Of a stretch of 64,000 nt of DNA, positions 14,090-26,923 are shown piece after piece. The stretch covers positions 19,842,001 to 19,906,000 of the forward strand of contig CM052818.1 of the NCBI GenBank assembly GCA_028534125.1. The letters are read 5' to 3'. The stretch is from Lama glama (Eukaryota). Numbering within the stretch: position 1 is the stretch's first letter; every line of letters begins with the position of its first letter. Position numbers and translations under genes: made by a program. A model generated the notes under the pieces. It was given only the letters and a program-made list of their open reading frames with translations, was not told the DNA's origin and searched no databases.

Positions 14090-14250
14090 ATTCAGAATAT
14101 CCTTGACAATAATTTACTTTCTGTCCTCCCCATCTGACCACAAACTCTCTTAAGGCAGGGGCCATGTCTATCTTGTTCACTGTTGTAGATTCAGCAGCCA
14201 AATCAATGCCTGACACAATGAATGCTGCTGAATGAGAAGAATGAGTGAGG
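14090..14250 (+). mobile_element. L2 LINE 3' end
   Basis: 'aaactctcttaaggcaggggccatgtctatcttgttcactgttgta...tgcctgacacaatgaatgctgctgaatga'. Confidence 0.7.
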
Positions 14251-14314
14251 GAAATGACCACCAAAAGTCCTAGGGGAAGACATAGTTCTGTAAGGAAGCT
14301 TAGGCAGCAGTGAG

Positions 14315-14330
14315 CCACTAGATGGAGCTA
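14315..14330 (+). promoter_or_regulatory. Candidate CTCF site
   Basis: CCACTAGATGGAGCTA is close to the CTCF core CCACYAGRKGGCRC; motif only. Confidence 0.45.
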
Positions 14331-15074
14331 ATACCCTGCACGTAACCACCAGTGGCTTTTCTCAAACCCTAGCATGGATGGCCAAGATTTGATTTCCAGG
14401 TTGAATTGGAAGCTATCCTGCTGAGATGATAACACCGTTTATGGAAAGCCACGGCAAGCAATTTATGATGCATTATCTATAGTCCTTACAATAACCACAG
14501 GAGAAAGAATTCTATTTTGCTGATGAAGAAGTAAATTCCCAGTAATGTTGGGTAACTTTTCTAAAGACACACAACCCACAGGTGACATAATGAGGCTCTG
14601 AACCCAGCATTGTCGGTCTCTAAACATATGTTCTTTCCAGTGCTTTTACTTTAGTAGTTTAATGCAACCAACGAACATGCTTCCTGCTGTGACAGTTCCC
14701 ACCCCTGGCCCTCCCGTCCATCTGTGCCCACCCCCAGCCCCACCTCTTTTTTCCCCTCATAGTTGGTTGCTGTTTTATGACACACCCAACCAGAACTCTC
14801 CACACAGCCATTGGTTTCTAAAAAGCCAACTTAGAGGGAGGGGAAACCAGAGGCAGAATAGACTCAGTGTCTCTTAGGCCAGACGTTTAAGTCTTGAACT
14901 CACGTGACAATGAGCTGGCTGTAGCATTCTGAGGAAGAAGGAAATGATCTTCGATTTACTAGTCACCAGTAGTTCTTCATTCAGCATCTGTGCTGCACAC
15001 ACAGGGCCGAGCCAACAGATAGGCTTACAGTCTAGTAGGGGATAGAAGACACACATATACAGGACACATCACAC

Positions 15075-15544
15075 TGTAACTGAGCAGGCTCCTATGGGGC
15101 CTTCCCAGGACAGACCCCTCCACCCATCTTCTGCTGGAGCTCCTCTCTGAAATACCTAGATAACAGTATCTGATGCACAGTTGTTTGACAGAGTCCAAAA
15201 CCACCACCAAATGGAAGAAATTAACTACTTGATGACTGTGAGCTCCCACATCTATGGGCATCTAAGGATTGATAATATTAACCATGCTGTTACCTCACCA
15301 TCAACCAGTCAGGGAATTGTGCACGAGCTGATCATGTACCCTGCGACCCCTCTCCCTCACCTGGTCTTTAAAAATGCTTTGCTGAAACCCTTAGGGGAAT
15401 TTGGGGGTTTAGATCACAAGCCACCTATCTGCCTTCTATTGGCGCCTTTACGATAAATGCTGCATTTTCCTTCACCACAACCTGGTGTCAGTGACTGGCT
15501 TTACCACACGTGGGCAAGTGGGCCATGTTTGTTTTGGTAACTCA
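15075..15544 (+). mobile_element. ERV1-class solo LTR (MER41-like artiodactyl family) inserted in an L2 fragment
   Basis: Starts TGTAAC, ends GGTAACTCA, ~470 bp, with a TATA-like TTTAAAAA and a degenerate poly(A) signal (GATAAA); L2-like sequence on both sides. Confidence 0.7.
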
Positions 15545-15694
15545 GCACTGCAGTACCTCGTGGATGGTGTATATAAGAGCCCTAGGATTCAGAGGCCAGA
15601 AAGATTCCTGTAACTGGGGTGGTCACAGATCTGAAAGTCAGGGTGATCTTCATGGAAAATGCATTTAAGGAGATGGGCAACAAGTAAACTCGTC

Positions 15695-15850
15695 CCTTTC
15701 TTCTAAAGGTGTGGACCAAGGACCAGCTGGTTTGATACTACCTTAAGCTTGTTAGAAGTGCAGAATCTCAGGTCTCATCTCAGACCTCCTGAACCAGAAT
15801 CTGCATTTTAACAAGATCTCCAGATCATTCTCACGTTAAAGACTTTTGGG
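15695..15850. mobile_element. MER5A/MER5B-like hAT MITE
   Basis: 'cttgttagaagtgcagaatctcaggtctcatctcagacctcctgaaccagaatctgcattttaacaagatctccag'. Confidence 0.75.
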
Positions 15851-18800
15851 CACTATCTGTATTGACGTGTCCCTTTAAAATAAAGTAATACTCTAACTAA
15901 AACCCTTTTAATTTCACTGTTGAGTTTTAACTTTGGATTTTGATTTGCTTCTAGAAGAATGGTACTAAGTACTCCAAACTCCTGCCATTTCTCTCTACAA
16001 GAACTTGATGAAAATTCTTAACACCTAAATTTTCCGTGGCCTGGTAATCCATTAACTGGAACAAAAGCTCTTATCCAAAGCACCTTTGCATGTATTTATG
16101 CAACGGAGATTGTTGTTCAGGAAACGTGGCCTTGAAAAATCCCAAAGGATGTCTTTTGAATCAGTAAAGGGAGTTTCCTTATGTTCAAGATAATTTGTGT
16201 ACATTCTAATTTTTTGCTAACCTACGTGTGGTGTATGATAGAACCATAACACTGAATCAGGTCTCCTTAGGTCACTCTCTACCTCCCAACACTGTCCTTC
16301 TGTCCATCATTCTGGCTAAAGGAAAATTGTTGGAAGGTGAAATCTGTGATAACTCTGATGGAGAAAGTTATATACTTAGACACCAGCTATATGCTAGACA
16401 CCAGCATACTGATAAGACTTGATTTGATATCTCAGTAAGAATGATGGTGGCCCTATGTCTAATTGTGGTCCCATTTCTCTTATCCATTCACAGAAGTTGG
16501 GTGAGTCCATTCAGAAAGGCAGCATGGCATAAAGAAACGGAGCACTAGAAAATTAACGGAGGAAACATGGGTTCAGGTCTGACACATGTTAGCTGTGTAG
16601 AGTCACTTCTCTGAGTATCAGTTCCCTATCTATGGACCTGGGATGTGAACTAGATAATTGCTAAGGTCCCTTCCAGGAGGGCCTAGTTAACTAGGAGTTA
16701 GAGCATGGTAGCTATTCATTAAACCTGGATTATACACTCCCAAACAGAAATGGCCCACATTGTCCTTAATTACAGATATAAAAGTTGAGAAGGTTGGTTA
16801 CCATAGCAATTCACCTTCATGGAGTCATTTGTAAATTTGATTCTGTGAAGTGACACTATTATGTACTGGCACCCGCACAACTCCCTAATGTTTCCTTTGC
16901 TTCCATTCTTGCCCCAGGCTATGGTGCCAAGAGTTGTCCTTATCTGGAGAAGCAATCAGAGTTCTCAAGCTGCCTTTCGGTCTGCTGGAACAGAAGGTGC
17001 TGACAGGGGTGGGAGTGAAGGCAGGCTTCCTTTCAGTTTACTAATTCTGTAGCCGCCCTTCACAAACTCCAGCAAATATTTTGCGATGTTGCAAGGTGTT
17101 GCGAGAAGTGAAAAGCAAGCTGTGATTCAGCTGGTATGAAGACTTTGCAAACAAAAAAGAGTGATCTGTTTTGCAACAAACTATTATTTCTGCCAGAGTC
17201 GACAGACTGGAATACTAAAAGAGATATTTCAGCGAGAAATTGCTATCATACATAGTACGTTTTTCAAATAAGGTAAATTTCAAATTAGTTGGCCTGGCAG
17301 GTCCCAATTTGTGGACCTCAGATCCCTGGGAGCAATGGAGTTACCTCCAGTGCTCTGCAAACCCACGTGCATGTTCTGTCTGTAGACAGAATGAAAATGT
17401 GCTCATCCATATGGACTACCTCTCAAATATGCATAAATGCTTTTACAATGAATGAAAGAAATTATCTTACAATGTTCCTGAATATATCTTAGCTTTTTGT
17501 TATTATTTTCTTAACACACTGATACTAAAAGTAGAGTTAATATCATGCTTAAATTTAAGCAAAAAAAATATTTTTTTTCAATACTGAAATGCAGTCTTCA
17601 CACTCATCAGATCATCTGACTCCATTAGTGGGTCAGAGAATATGGACACCTTACTACTAAAAGAGAACTTTCCCCCAGTTCATGGCATATGTTGGACCTA
17701 TACTCATCACTGGGTTTCTAGAACCTTAAAACCTGTGAAGAAGACATTTTAGTGGGTAGTTGAGCCCTGCTCCTCTATGAAAAATGTCATCCCTGAAAAT
17801 AAGATAGGAGCAGTGGGTATGTGTCTTAGTCTAAAAATTTACAGAAGAAATATACCCTAATTTTTATTTCAAGCTTCCATTTCTTTTCATTGTCAGTAAC
17901 TTAAAATCAGTGGATTTGTAGGTTTCAACCTCCCCTTCCCCCCTCCAATAGTGTCTGGGAGGAGTATATGATGTGCAAGGTATGCAGTGGTGGAAGGGGA
18001 GTGGAGGGAGTGAGGAATCTGGTCCTCAAGGTCATTCCACCAAATATGCTGGTATTTACTGAGACATCCTTTACCCTTTTTGCATGACCCCTTCATGTTC
18101 AGGAGCACCCTCCATTTCCCTCGCATCCTCTTGGGCACAAGGCAACATGGAGACATACTTCATGTCTCATCAGGGCATTGAAAATTCTGCAAGCCTGACT
18201 AAGACCCCTTCAGCAGGATGCACCACGCACCCATTTCTTCTCTAAGGTCCTGCAACCTTTCTGGGGCTGTACTGAGGATGCAAGGAACACATTTTCTCTA
18301 TTCCTAGACCCCATACAAACTTCTAGGATTGTGCCACCTTCCCAGGGTGAGCATGGAGAGTAGCGCTTGGGACCTAGCAATATCTCTGCCCTTGGTATTT
18401 TCCTGTGAATTCAGCCCCCCAGGGATAGGGAGCTCTTTTCTACTCTTATTATCTTCCCTCCATATATTTTGTCTATGCTGCTAGTTTTCTTCTTCTTTCT
18501 CCTAACGGCAGCTTCTGAAACCAAAAGCCAAGAAGACATTCATTTCTCTGCCTCTTGCCATCACATCCCTCCTCTGTGATAAGAAGCACTAACCAGGCTA
18601 ACTGTGAGTGAGGGGAAGAAAAAGGAGGGTAAATACAGGGAAAGGGATTGGCTGATAATATTTTGCCACATATACAAATTAATACAGATTTCATGGCTCC
18701 AGGGCCTGCAAGAGAGGAAGCCAGCCCCACATGAAATCAGACACTGAGCAAAAAGTGAACTTTTGTAGAATAATTAAAATAAGACCCCCAGCAGTGGTGC

Positions 18801-19139
18801 AGGCTTTTACAGGCTCTTCCTGTTTTCTGTAGTGTTGGCATCTGGAGCTAAATGACTTTGAGACACAATGCTCAACAAAGGGGTCTTTCCTAGGGGTTGG
18901 GTGAAGGATGAAATGTCCCTTTCTGGTACATGGAGGCTCTTCGGCCAGTCAGACTGTGTGTTGGGAGAGGAAATGGGGATGGGAAGAAAGGGGAGGCCAC
19001 CATGCACTGCCAGGGTACCACCTAGAGGTTCTCATTCGCAGGTTCTCTTTGGAACTTCCCTGCCCCTGAGGCTGTTGGAAAGACAACTGCCTCTAACCCT
19101 GATGTTCCTGCCCTAGGCAGATCTGAAGTTTCTTTGGGT

Positions 19140-19460
19140 CATTTTCATTCATTCATTGATAACCACTGAATTCCTATGCTGGGCCCTGTACTGGGGAACA
19201 AGCACCATTATTTTGGTCTTGGCGAATTTATTTAAGAGCCTTGTTGAACAGAAAAGACATGGTCTCTGGATTTCAAGATCTTATAATTTAGTTGGGGAGA
19301 GGGTGGAGCCATGGAAAGACAGGTGAAGGAGTGATGCTAATATTATGATGGGGAAGATCCAGGTGGCAGTGGAACACTGAGGCAGGACACCTAGCCAAGC
19401 CTTGAGGTGTCAGAGGAGGCTTCCTGGGTAGGACAAGATGAACAGGTGGAACTTGAGAGA
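19140..19460 (-). mobile_element. L2 LINE fragment
   Basis: (TTCA)n tail, then 'aaagacatggtctctggatttcaagatcttataatttagttgggga' and 'gtcagaggaggcttcctgg'. Confidence 0.55.
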
Positions 19461-20590
19461 AGAAGCCCCAGGGCTCTGGGGCCAGGGCAAACTCCGACAG
19501 GCCAGGCCACAGGCATGGGAGAGGGCTCAGGGATCAGCTGATCTGGCTCTGAAGCAGCCCAAATTTCTGGTAGCCATATGTATCAAACTTGGTGATGTTT
19601 TTCTCATTTAAAAGAGCTAACTGCTGCATGCCTGAGCAAGAATGTTCCATTTCCTTGTTTCTCAGCCTAGGGGAGGAACAGGTTGGGGGTTGGGGTAGGC
19701 TGGGTGGAGTGGGTTGAGTCTTTCACAGTGGAAAAGCCATGAACTCTCTCCGCCTTGCCTCCTGGAAAGAGAATGGTAGTGGACTTAAAAAGATCCTTAT
19801 ATTTCATGTGAAGAATTTGCTGGTAAAACCATGCAGGAGGCACCAGAGTGCTAAATTAGAGCTTTTGTAAGCAATGTCTTTTTAATCATTAACCTCTTGG
19901 ACAAAGCTCATTTGTTCCAAATGGGCTGCCTTAGCTGAGTATGCTCACCTGAGTACAGGGTGAGCTCCTTGAAAATACAGGTTTGTTGCAAATGATCCAC
20001 AAAGAAACCAAATTAACATTTATTTTATAAAAGAAGGACAGTGTAAGACGGTAGGAGGGTCTATGGCCCACTAAATCATGAAAGAGTAAGATTATGTCTC
20101 TCCATCAGTGAAGAAAATGAACATCCTGTTTGGGGAACCTCAACCACATCACCTAAATGCCAACTCCATGTTGTGGACACAAATCAAAGGACTGCCTTTG
20201 GAGAGAGACCCCAACACTCCAGATCACACAGGAAATAATTACATACTATTACCCTTGAGTGAATTTAGCAAGAAAATAAAATCCTTGGCTAACTAATCAG
20301 AACAGAATAGAGATATTTGTGTTAAACTGTAAACAATCATCTAGATCAAATTACTTAATAGTTTAATCCATGAATGTCAAATAATATGAGTTTTAACTTA
20401 GGCCAATAAGACAATCCTGAGAGATGTCTGAGTGACCTCTGGCCCTAAATGTGATCCACAAAATGACTGAGGAAGTGAGAAACCATAAAAGTAGCCTAGG
20501 CAAACACTAATACTACTGTGTAGCCACTGATCTTTTATATCTACCCAAGGTTTTTCCAAAAATGCTGATCACTTTTAGAGCTATCTAGAA

Positions 20591-20771
20591 CAGGGGTCAG
20601 CAAACTTTTTTTAAAGGGTCAGGCAGTAAATATTTTAGGCTTGCAACTCTGCCATTGCTTATGAAAGCAACCATAGACAATTTATAAATGAGTGACCACA
20701 AACGTATGCCAGTAATACTTTATACACAAAAATAGGCAACTGGCCTGTGGATCTTAGTTTGCTCATCCTTG
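20591..20771. mobile_element. MER58A-like hAT MITE
   Basis: caggggtcagcaaact / agtttgctcatccttg termini; 8-bp target duplication ATCTAGAA (20583-20590) / ATCTTGAA (20772-20779). Confidence 0.85.
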
Positions 20772-23149
20772 ATCTTGAACAACTGCATAGATGTAGAAAA
20801 ATAATAAGCTCATGTGGAAAAATCATGAGTTCCTTGGAGCTCCACAGCAGATCAGTTTCTGTGGGGCTGTGGTGAGGGTGTACTGGTCCACTGGTCAGCA
20901 AAACGTGCCCTTTATCTATTAACATTACATAAAGAAGCCTGGATGAGGGGTGTCTGGTGCTGTCAGAGAGGCCAGATGGCAGCAGGCCTGGTGCTGGATT
21001 CACAGAGAGTTGTTAGTTTGAGATACAGACTACTTACATGGAAGGAATAAACACACTACGCCAATCCTACAGTCTTTTCACACTTTCATCACTCATAGTG
21101 GCTTTGTGAGGTAGCATGGGGATTCTGTAGCTGACACCAACTTCAAAGGGTGAGACTGTACACCAAAAAGTCCCAGTTTCTTTTCTAATACTGATTCATC
21201 AAAACAGCTCTTTCATTCGGGCAGGTCATTATGTCTGTCATATTCATGGCTGCAGTGGAATGGACATTACCATGTAAGCACTCCCTCCCCAACCCATCCT
21301 CTGCCACAGCTGGCCGCTCAGGTGTGTGTAATGTGTGCCCTGACTTGAAAGGTGGAGCTGGGCCCTAATTCTCTTTCAGTAATTTGAACTGAAAGACTAG
21401 AGGGAAGAAGCAGTCGGTGGCAGATGTAGCCAGAGATGTCAAGTGGCCTCAGGGATTGGAATAGTGCTCTGTGGGCCTTGTACAAGATGTGCTCACTGAA
21501 AAAGCGGAAGTAAAACAGAAAACATTTCTGCTTCTCTCCAGTTCCCGAAGGCTGGTTGTTCTTCAGGAATCTTTACATTCCAATGAGACCACTCTGTGGG
21601 TTTATAACAGCCTCCCTTTCCCTTTTCTTGAGTTGTCTTGATTGGGCCTTTTCTCAGTAACTAAAGCATGTGGGCTCTACCAGGCATATTTCTTGCCACA
21701 ACCACCATTTTGGTTAATGCGTTTTAGATCTGAAGTCCATGAATATGATTCTATACATTAACTTCTATACCTGCTGGAGGTAACAAATGCAATCCAATTT
21801 TCCTTTTCAATGACTTTTAAATCTATCCTTTCCATTCCCATCCCTCCCACTGGCCTAGTTTATCACGTCTATCTGGATTTCAGCCACAGTCTCCTGGAAA
21901 GCTCCGCTGCCTCTACTCATTCCCTATACTTGTCCATCTGTTGTCGGAACTGTTAGATTAGTATTTATAAAACCTACTTTCACCACATCACTTCTCAGAG
22001 GAAAAGTCCATCATGCTTCCTTACTGCCTCCTAGATCCATTATAATCTCTTCAAATGAGTATTTTAGGCTTCATAACCTGGTCCCACTTTATCTATTTAT
22101 TGTATTCATATTTCCCATAACCCTTCAACATGAACTTTAATTTCAACCAGTTAATCTTCCATATCCTTTGCTAACATCTTACTCTTCATTCCCACTTCCA
22201 TGTCCTTGCTTATTTGTGTCCCCACTTCTCCTATTAATCAGAATAGCTCCTCCCTGAGTCAATATCTATTATAACATTATCTATAAGTATAGAAATCTAA
22301 TATTATCTATAAGAAAGAGAAAGGGTAGGAAGGAAATAAAGGCTGTATCTGTCTCCCTCCACCTGACGGCCCACATTCCAAAGGGTCAATGTCTGGTGAC
22401 AATTAGAAACAGGACAACTATCAAAAGTATATGAAAGTGAAGCTTCTGGATAAAGACTGTGGAATGAAACACATATCTAATTTTTATCCTTCTCAACCTC
22501 CCCACATAGAAATGCAATAAAGGTATTTATGGGGGTGGCATAAACCCTAAGGGTAAAGAGAGTGAAAGAGGATACCAAAGGAAGGAAATTTTGGAGGGTA
22601 GAAAGCAGACAGACAAACGGTAATGGACTCAGCAAACGTGAAAGACCAAATTGTAAACTGACATTAAAAATAAAACGAAATTCAATATGCACTCCAGAAT
22701 CCTCAAAAGACTCAATGATTACAGCGCCTCTAGAAGTAGGTGAAATAGGGTGTTGAATTAAGGAAGACTGGTTAAATGAAGGCTGTTTGAGATCAGGTAG
22801 ATACCTGGATTTCTCCCCTCCCCGCACTCCACATCACTGGTTGACTGCCCTTCCCCCATTCTGGCCAAAGCCTACAAGTTTAGGTTCAAGAAATGAGAAA
22901 ACAGATGGTTTCCAGATGGAGGAACACCAGGCACGGCAGAAGGTGGGTGTGAAGTACTTAAAATAGGAAAAATAAGAGAATGCATGTATATTGAATACTA
23001 AGGCTTCCTGCTTTCTTCCTCTGCTTTATCCTTCATACAAGAGAAATTGGAGGACTATTCCCTAGAGAATATGACATCTAAAAAGAAATACCTAAAGATA
23101 CTGACTTCAAATGTCCCTTCACAAACAGCCCAGATAAATCATCCTACAT

Positions 23150-24030
23150 CAGTGATTCTCAACTTAAGGCATATGGACATTTAGGTTGTTTCCATGTCTT
23201 AGCTAGTGTAAACAGTGCTGCTATGAACATTGGGGTGCACGTATCTTTTCAAATTAGAGATTCCTCCAGATATACGCCCAGGAGTGGGATTGCAACCTAA
23301 ATGTGCATTGACAGATGACTGGATAAAGAAGATGTGGTATATATACACAGTGGAATACTACTTAGCCATAAAAAGAATGAAATTATGCCATTTGTAGCAA
23401 CATGGATGGACCTAGAGATTATCACAGTAAGTAAAGTAAGTCAGACAGAGAAAGACAAATATAAAATGATATCACTTATATGTGAAATCTAAAAAAAATG
23501 ACACAAGTGAACTTATTTACAAAACAGAAACAGACTGACAGAAAAAGAAAACAAACGTATGGTTACCAAAGGGGTAAGGTGGGGGGGAAGGATAAATTAG
23601 GAGTTTGGGAAGCAGATACAAACTGCTATATATAAAATAGATAAATAACAAGGTCCTACTACATAGCACACAGAACTATATTCACTATCTTGTAACAACC
23701 TATAATAAAAAGGAATATGAAAAAGAATATATATATATAAATGCAAAACTGAATCATTATGCTATATACCAGAAACTAACACAACATTATAAATCAACTA
23801 TACCTTAATAAAAAAAAAGAAGAAAAACTAAAACAAACAAAAAAGAGGCTCATGGGAATGTCTGGAGACATTTTTGATTGTCACAAACCTTGGTGGAGTG
23901 GGGGGTTCTGACATCTAGCGGGTAGAGGCTAGAAATGCTCTTAAATATCCTACAATGCACAAGAAAAGCCTCCCACAACAAAGGATTATCCAACCCAAAA
24001 TGTCAGTAGTATCACCATTGGAAAACTCTG
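23150..24030. mobile_element. MER20-like hAT element split by a younger L1
   Basis: cagtgattctcaac at 23150; body resumes at ~23850 ('aatgtctggagacatttttgattgtcacaa...tagcgggtagaggctagaaatgc'); degenerate 8-bp duplication TCCTACAT/TCTTAAAT. Confidence 0.8.
23171..23845 (+). mobile_element. Young 5'-inverted (twin-primed) L1 3' fragment
   Basis: 23171-23293 is reverse-complement L1; 23294-23845 is a forward L1 3' end with AATAAA and an A-rich tail. Confidence 0.85.
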
Positions 24031-25115
24031 TCTTAAATGAAACTCATGGTCAATTTGTCCACCGACACAAGCAGCATTGCTAATAGTCTCCCCACATGAT
24101 TAAGAATAAGTGGGGGAAAAAAAAAAGAAAGAAAGAAAAATGACCAGACATTTGAGGAAAACTAACAAGGTAGACAGAGACCTAAACAGACAGATAAAAG
24201 CAACTTGGACGAAACAGAGACTGTGGGAAGAGCAAAACTATAAAACTATACTTGACTTCCACTTACTACCATGATGGACTACCAGGAACCAGATTTACCT
24301 TACTGCTCTAAACAACTAGGGAACTGAACAAAATCTAGAAAATTGTTTTCTAATATTAAACAGGACTGCCTTTCACATCTAAGTTCTGGATCTGACTTTT
24401 GTGCACAGAAATCCAGTTTAAATTTACTGAAGAATTTCCCCACGGACTTACAATGCCACTTTTATCATGTATCTCCTTTCCACATATGTATTCATCTACT
24501 CCTGGTCTCTGTTTCTGTCTTTGTGCTGGAACAATACTGTCTTAATACCTCAGTTTTATAATAAACTTTGATACTTGGTACATCAAATCCCTCCAACTTG
24601 TTATTCAAGTGTCTTTTGGCCACTTGCTCTTCCATATAAATTTTACGATCTGCTTGTTCAGTTCTATCCTGTTCAACAAATTTTACAACTTTCCCCAAAG
24701 GGACTTGGACATCTTCTTTTATGTTTATTCTTACATTCTTGGTTTCCCTTATATAAGATATATATTTAAATTACATTTTCTGTTTTTGCTGATATGCTTA
24801 AGTGCATTCTAGTTTTGTGTACTGATCACCTTTGCAGTAAATTCTATAAACTGTTTATTCATCCTAATAATTTGCTGTGGATTCTTTTGGAATCTATGAA
24901 ATACTGGAATACTGCAAATAATGACACTTTTGTTCCTTCTTTCTGATCTCTATACTTTTTTTCTTGTTTGTCTTGTTCTTGACCATCCTTTCTTATATTT
25001 CATTATCTTAATTTTCAAGCTTATTCTTTCTTCCTGAAGTATGTCTTCTGGAATGTCCTCCAAGTGAGGATTGGTGGGTTGTAAACTCACTTACTTGCCT
25101 AAAAATGTCTATTTC

Positions 25116-25371
25116 TTTTTTTTTTCTCATTCAATAATTTTTTAATTGAAGTATAGTTAGTTTACAATGTTGTGTCAATTTCTGTTGTACAGCATGTTTC
25201 AGTCATACATATACATATATATTCATTTTCATATCCTTTTTCATTATAGGATTATACTACATTCATTATACTACAAGATATTGAATATGGTTGCCTGTGC
25301 TGTACAGTATAAACTTACTGTTTATCTATTTTATATATAGTAGTTTGTATCTGCAAATCTCGAACTTCCCC
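25116..25371 (-). mobile_element. Short young L1 3' end insertion
   Basis: T-rich tail and L1 3' terminus; 14-bp duplication AAAATGTCTATTTC (25102-25115) / AAAATGTCCATTTC (25372-25385). Confidence 0.85.
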
Positions 25372-26085
25372 AAAATGTCCATTTCATTCTTGTTCTTAAA
25401 AAACTATTTATTATGAAAAAAAATTAAATATATCTGTTCTGAAACTTTGGATGTATGTTAGATCTTTTTCCTCTACCTTTCATGTCTCCATTTCTTTTTC
25501 ATATTTTCTATCTCTGGATCTTTGTGCTAAAGTCTCTGGAGAGATTTTAACTTTCTCCCCTGGTCCAGATAACATACCTCCAACTGTCTTTTTGTGTATA
25601 TGTGGGTTATTAGAGTAAATCCACTGAAACTGTTGCAGAGCTCCATGCTTTATGTATGTCTTTGATCTAAACTTCACACCTCGCTCAAGTCCAGGGCTTT
25701 GTCTTCCATACACATGACACCCTTTAAAACGTACGCTTTAGATACTGACAGATTGGAAGGTATAAAGCAAGCACTGGCTTTGGTGCTAGTTTACCCTTCA
25801 AACCTATACTTTTCTTCCCTTTCTGGCCTCTGAGGATCATCATTACTTTCTTGCCACTTAAATCAAATCTATATTTTAAAATCACATACATACATATAAA
25901 TTTTATATACTTAATATGTATATGAACTTGTGTAAATGAATACTTTTCAGGATTTTTACTGTATAGTTAAGTTTATCTTGTTGACAATGCTGTTGGAAAC
26001 TTAAGTCCATTTATTTGATCTTTAAGTTGCTAAAACTGCAAATCTTTTAGCATGATGGAAAACTGAAAACCAAGAAAGAACACCA

Positions 26086-26099
26086 TTGCCCTCTGGTGG
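26086..26099 (-). promoter_or_regulatory. Candidate CTCF site
   Basis: Minus strand reads CCACCAGAGGGCAA, a close match to the CTCF core; motif only. Confidence 0.5.
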
Positions 26100-26484
26100 A
26101 GAAACCTACTATTACCACATCTAAATGAAACCCACTATGACTCACTTTCTCATTTCCCCATTTAGTCAACAAGTCAAAAGTTTTATCAGGTCTTTCAAAT
26201 CCGTCGCTTCATTTCCATTCTCCTAGAATAACCTTAGTCTACTTCTTCTTCTTCTTTTTCTTTTTTGCTAGAATTGTTGCTTTTGAATCAATCTCTTTAT
26301 AGTCTCTATTCTTTTAATATATTTTGTGTCTATTGTCATCCCTTACTTTTACAATTTTACATTAATTTGATGGGTTATCAAGTTCCTGTTATAAGCAAAA
26401 ATCTTGGAACCAATAACAGTCGTCTGATTAGGGATGAGAACAAAGTATAGATCCAATAAATGTTAGCCGAATTGAAACAGTTTT

Positions 26485-26562
26485 AAAAGGAACTGGGGAT
26501 TGAACCCAGGACATTATGCATGCTAAGCACACACTCTACCACTTGAGCTATACCTTTCCCCC
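26485..26562 (-). mobile_element. tRNA-Ala-derived camelid SINE (vic-1-like), head only
   Basis: Minus strand: ggtatagctcaagtggtagagtgtgtgcttagcatgcataatgtcctgggttcaatccccagttcc, with Pol III A and B boxes. Confidence 0.8.
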
Positions 26563-26923
26563 AAAATAGATTTTAGTACCACTTACTAAACAAGTATTTT
26601 AGTACCATTGCCAAACTTATCTTGGAGGCAGCATAAGCACAGAAGTTCCCAAGCTTTGTGTGTGTGTGTGTGTGATAACAGACTAATGAAAGATATTCAT
26701 ATGTATAATTCTTCTGTTGGCTTAGATTTTTTTTAACTTAAAATTATTTTGAATTACAAAACACATGAACACTATTAAAAATTCAGAGTTCTGTAAATGA
26801 TGATGTTGGGGGCCAGGATTCTCATTGTGGAAAAAACACACAAATACAAATACGGAGCAAGGAAGGGTAAAGAACTTTGGGGTTACACTGAAATTGGAGA
26901 TATTAGTAAAACTTGTGATTTCT

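Noticed and set aside
14900..14908. Isolated TCACGTGAC E-box and scattered TGAGTCA sites
   Set aside because: Short motifs expected by chance in 64 kb without clustering
19942..19965. Small hairpin GCTCACC...GGTGAGC
   Set aside because: 7-bp stem only, no RNA-gene context
21230..21670. Possible old ERVL (LTR16-like) LTR
   Set aside because: Resemblance too weak to fix family or boundaries without a search
26485..26562. tRNA-Ala-like sequence (also 33710-33785)
   Set aside because: Diverged stems, and the second copy has a SINE tail and target duplication; these are SINEs, not tRNA genes
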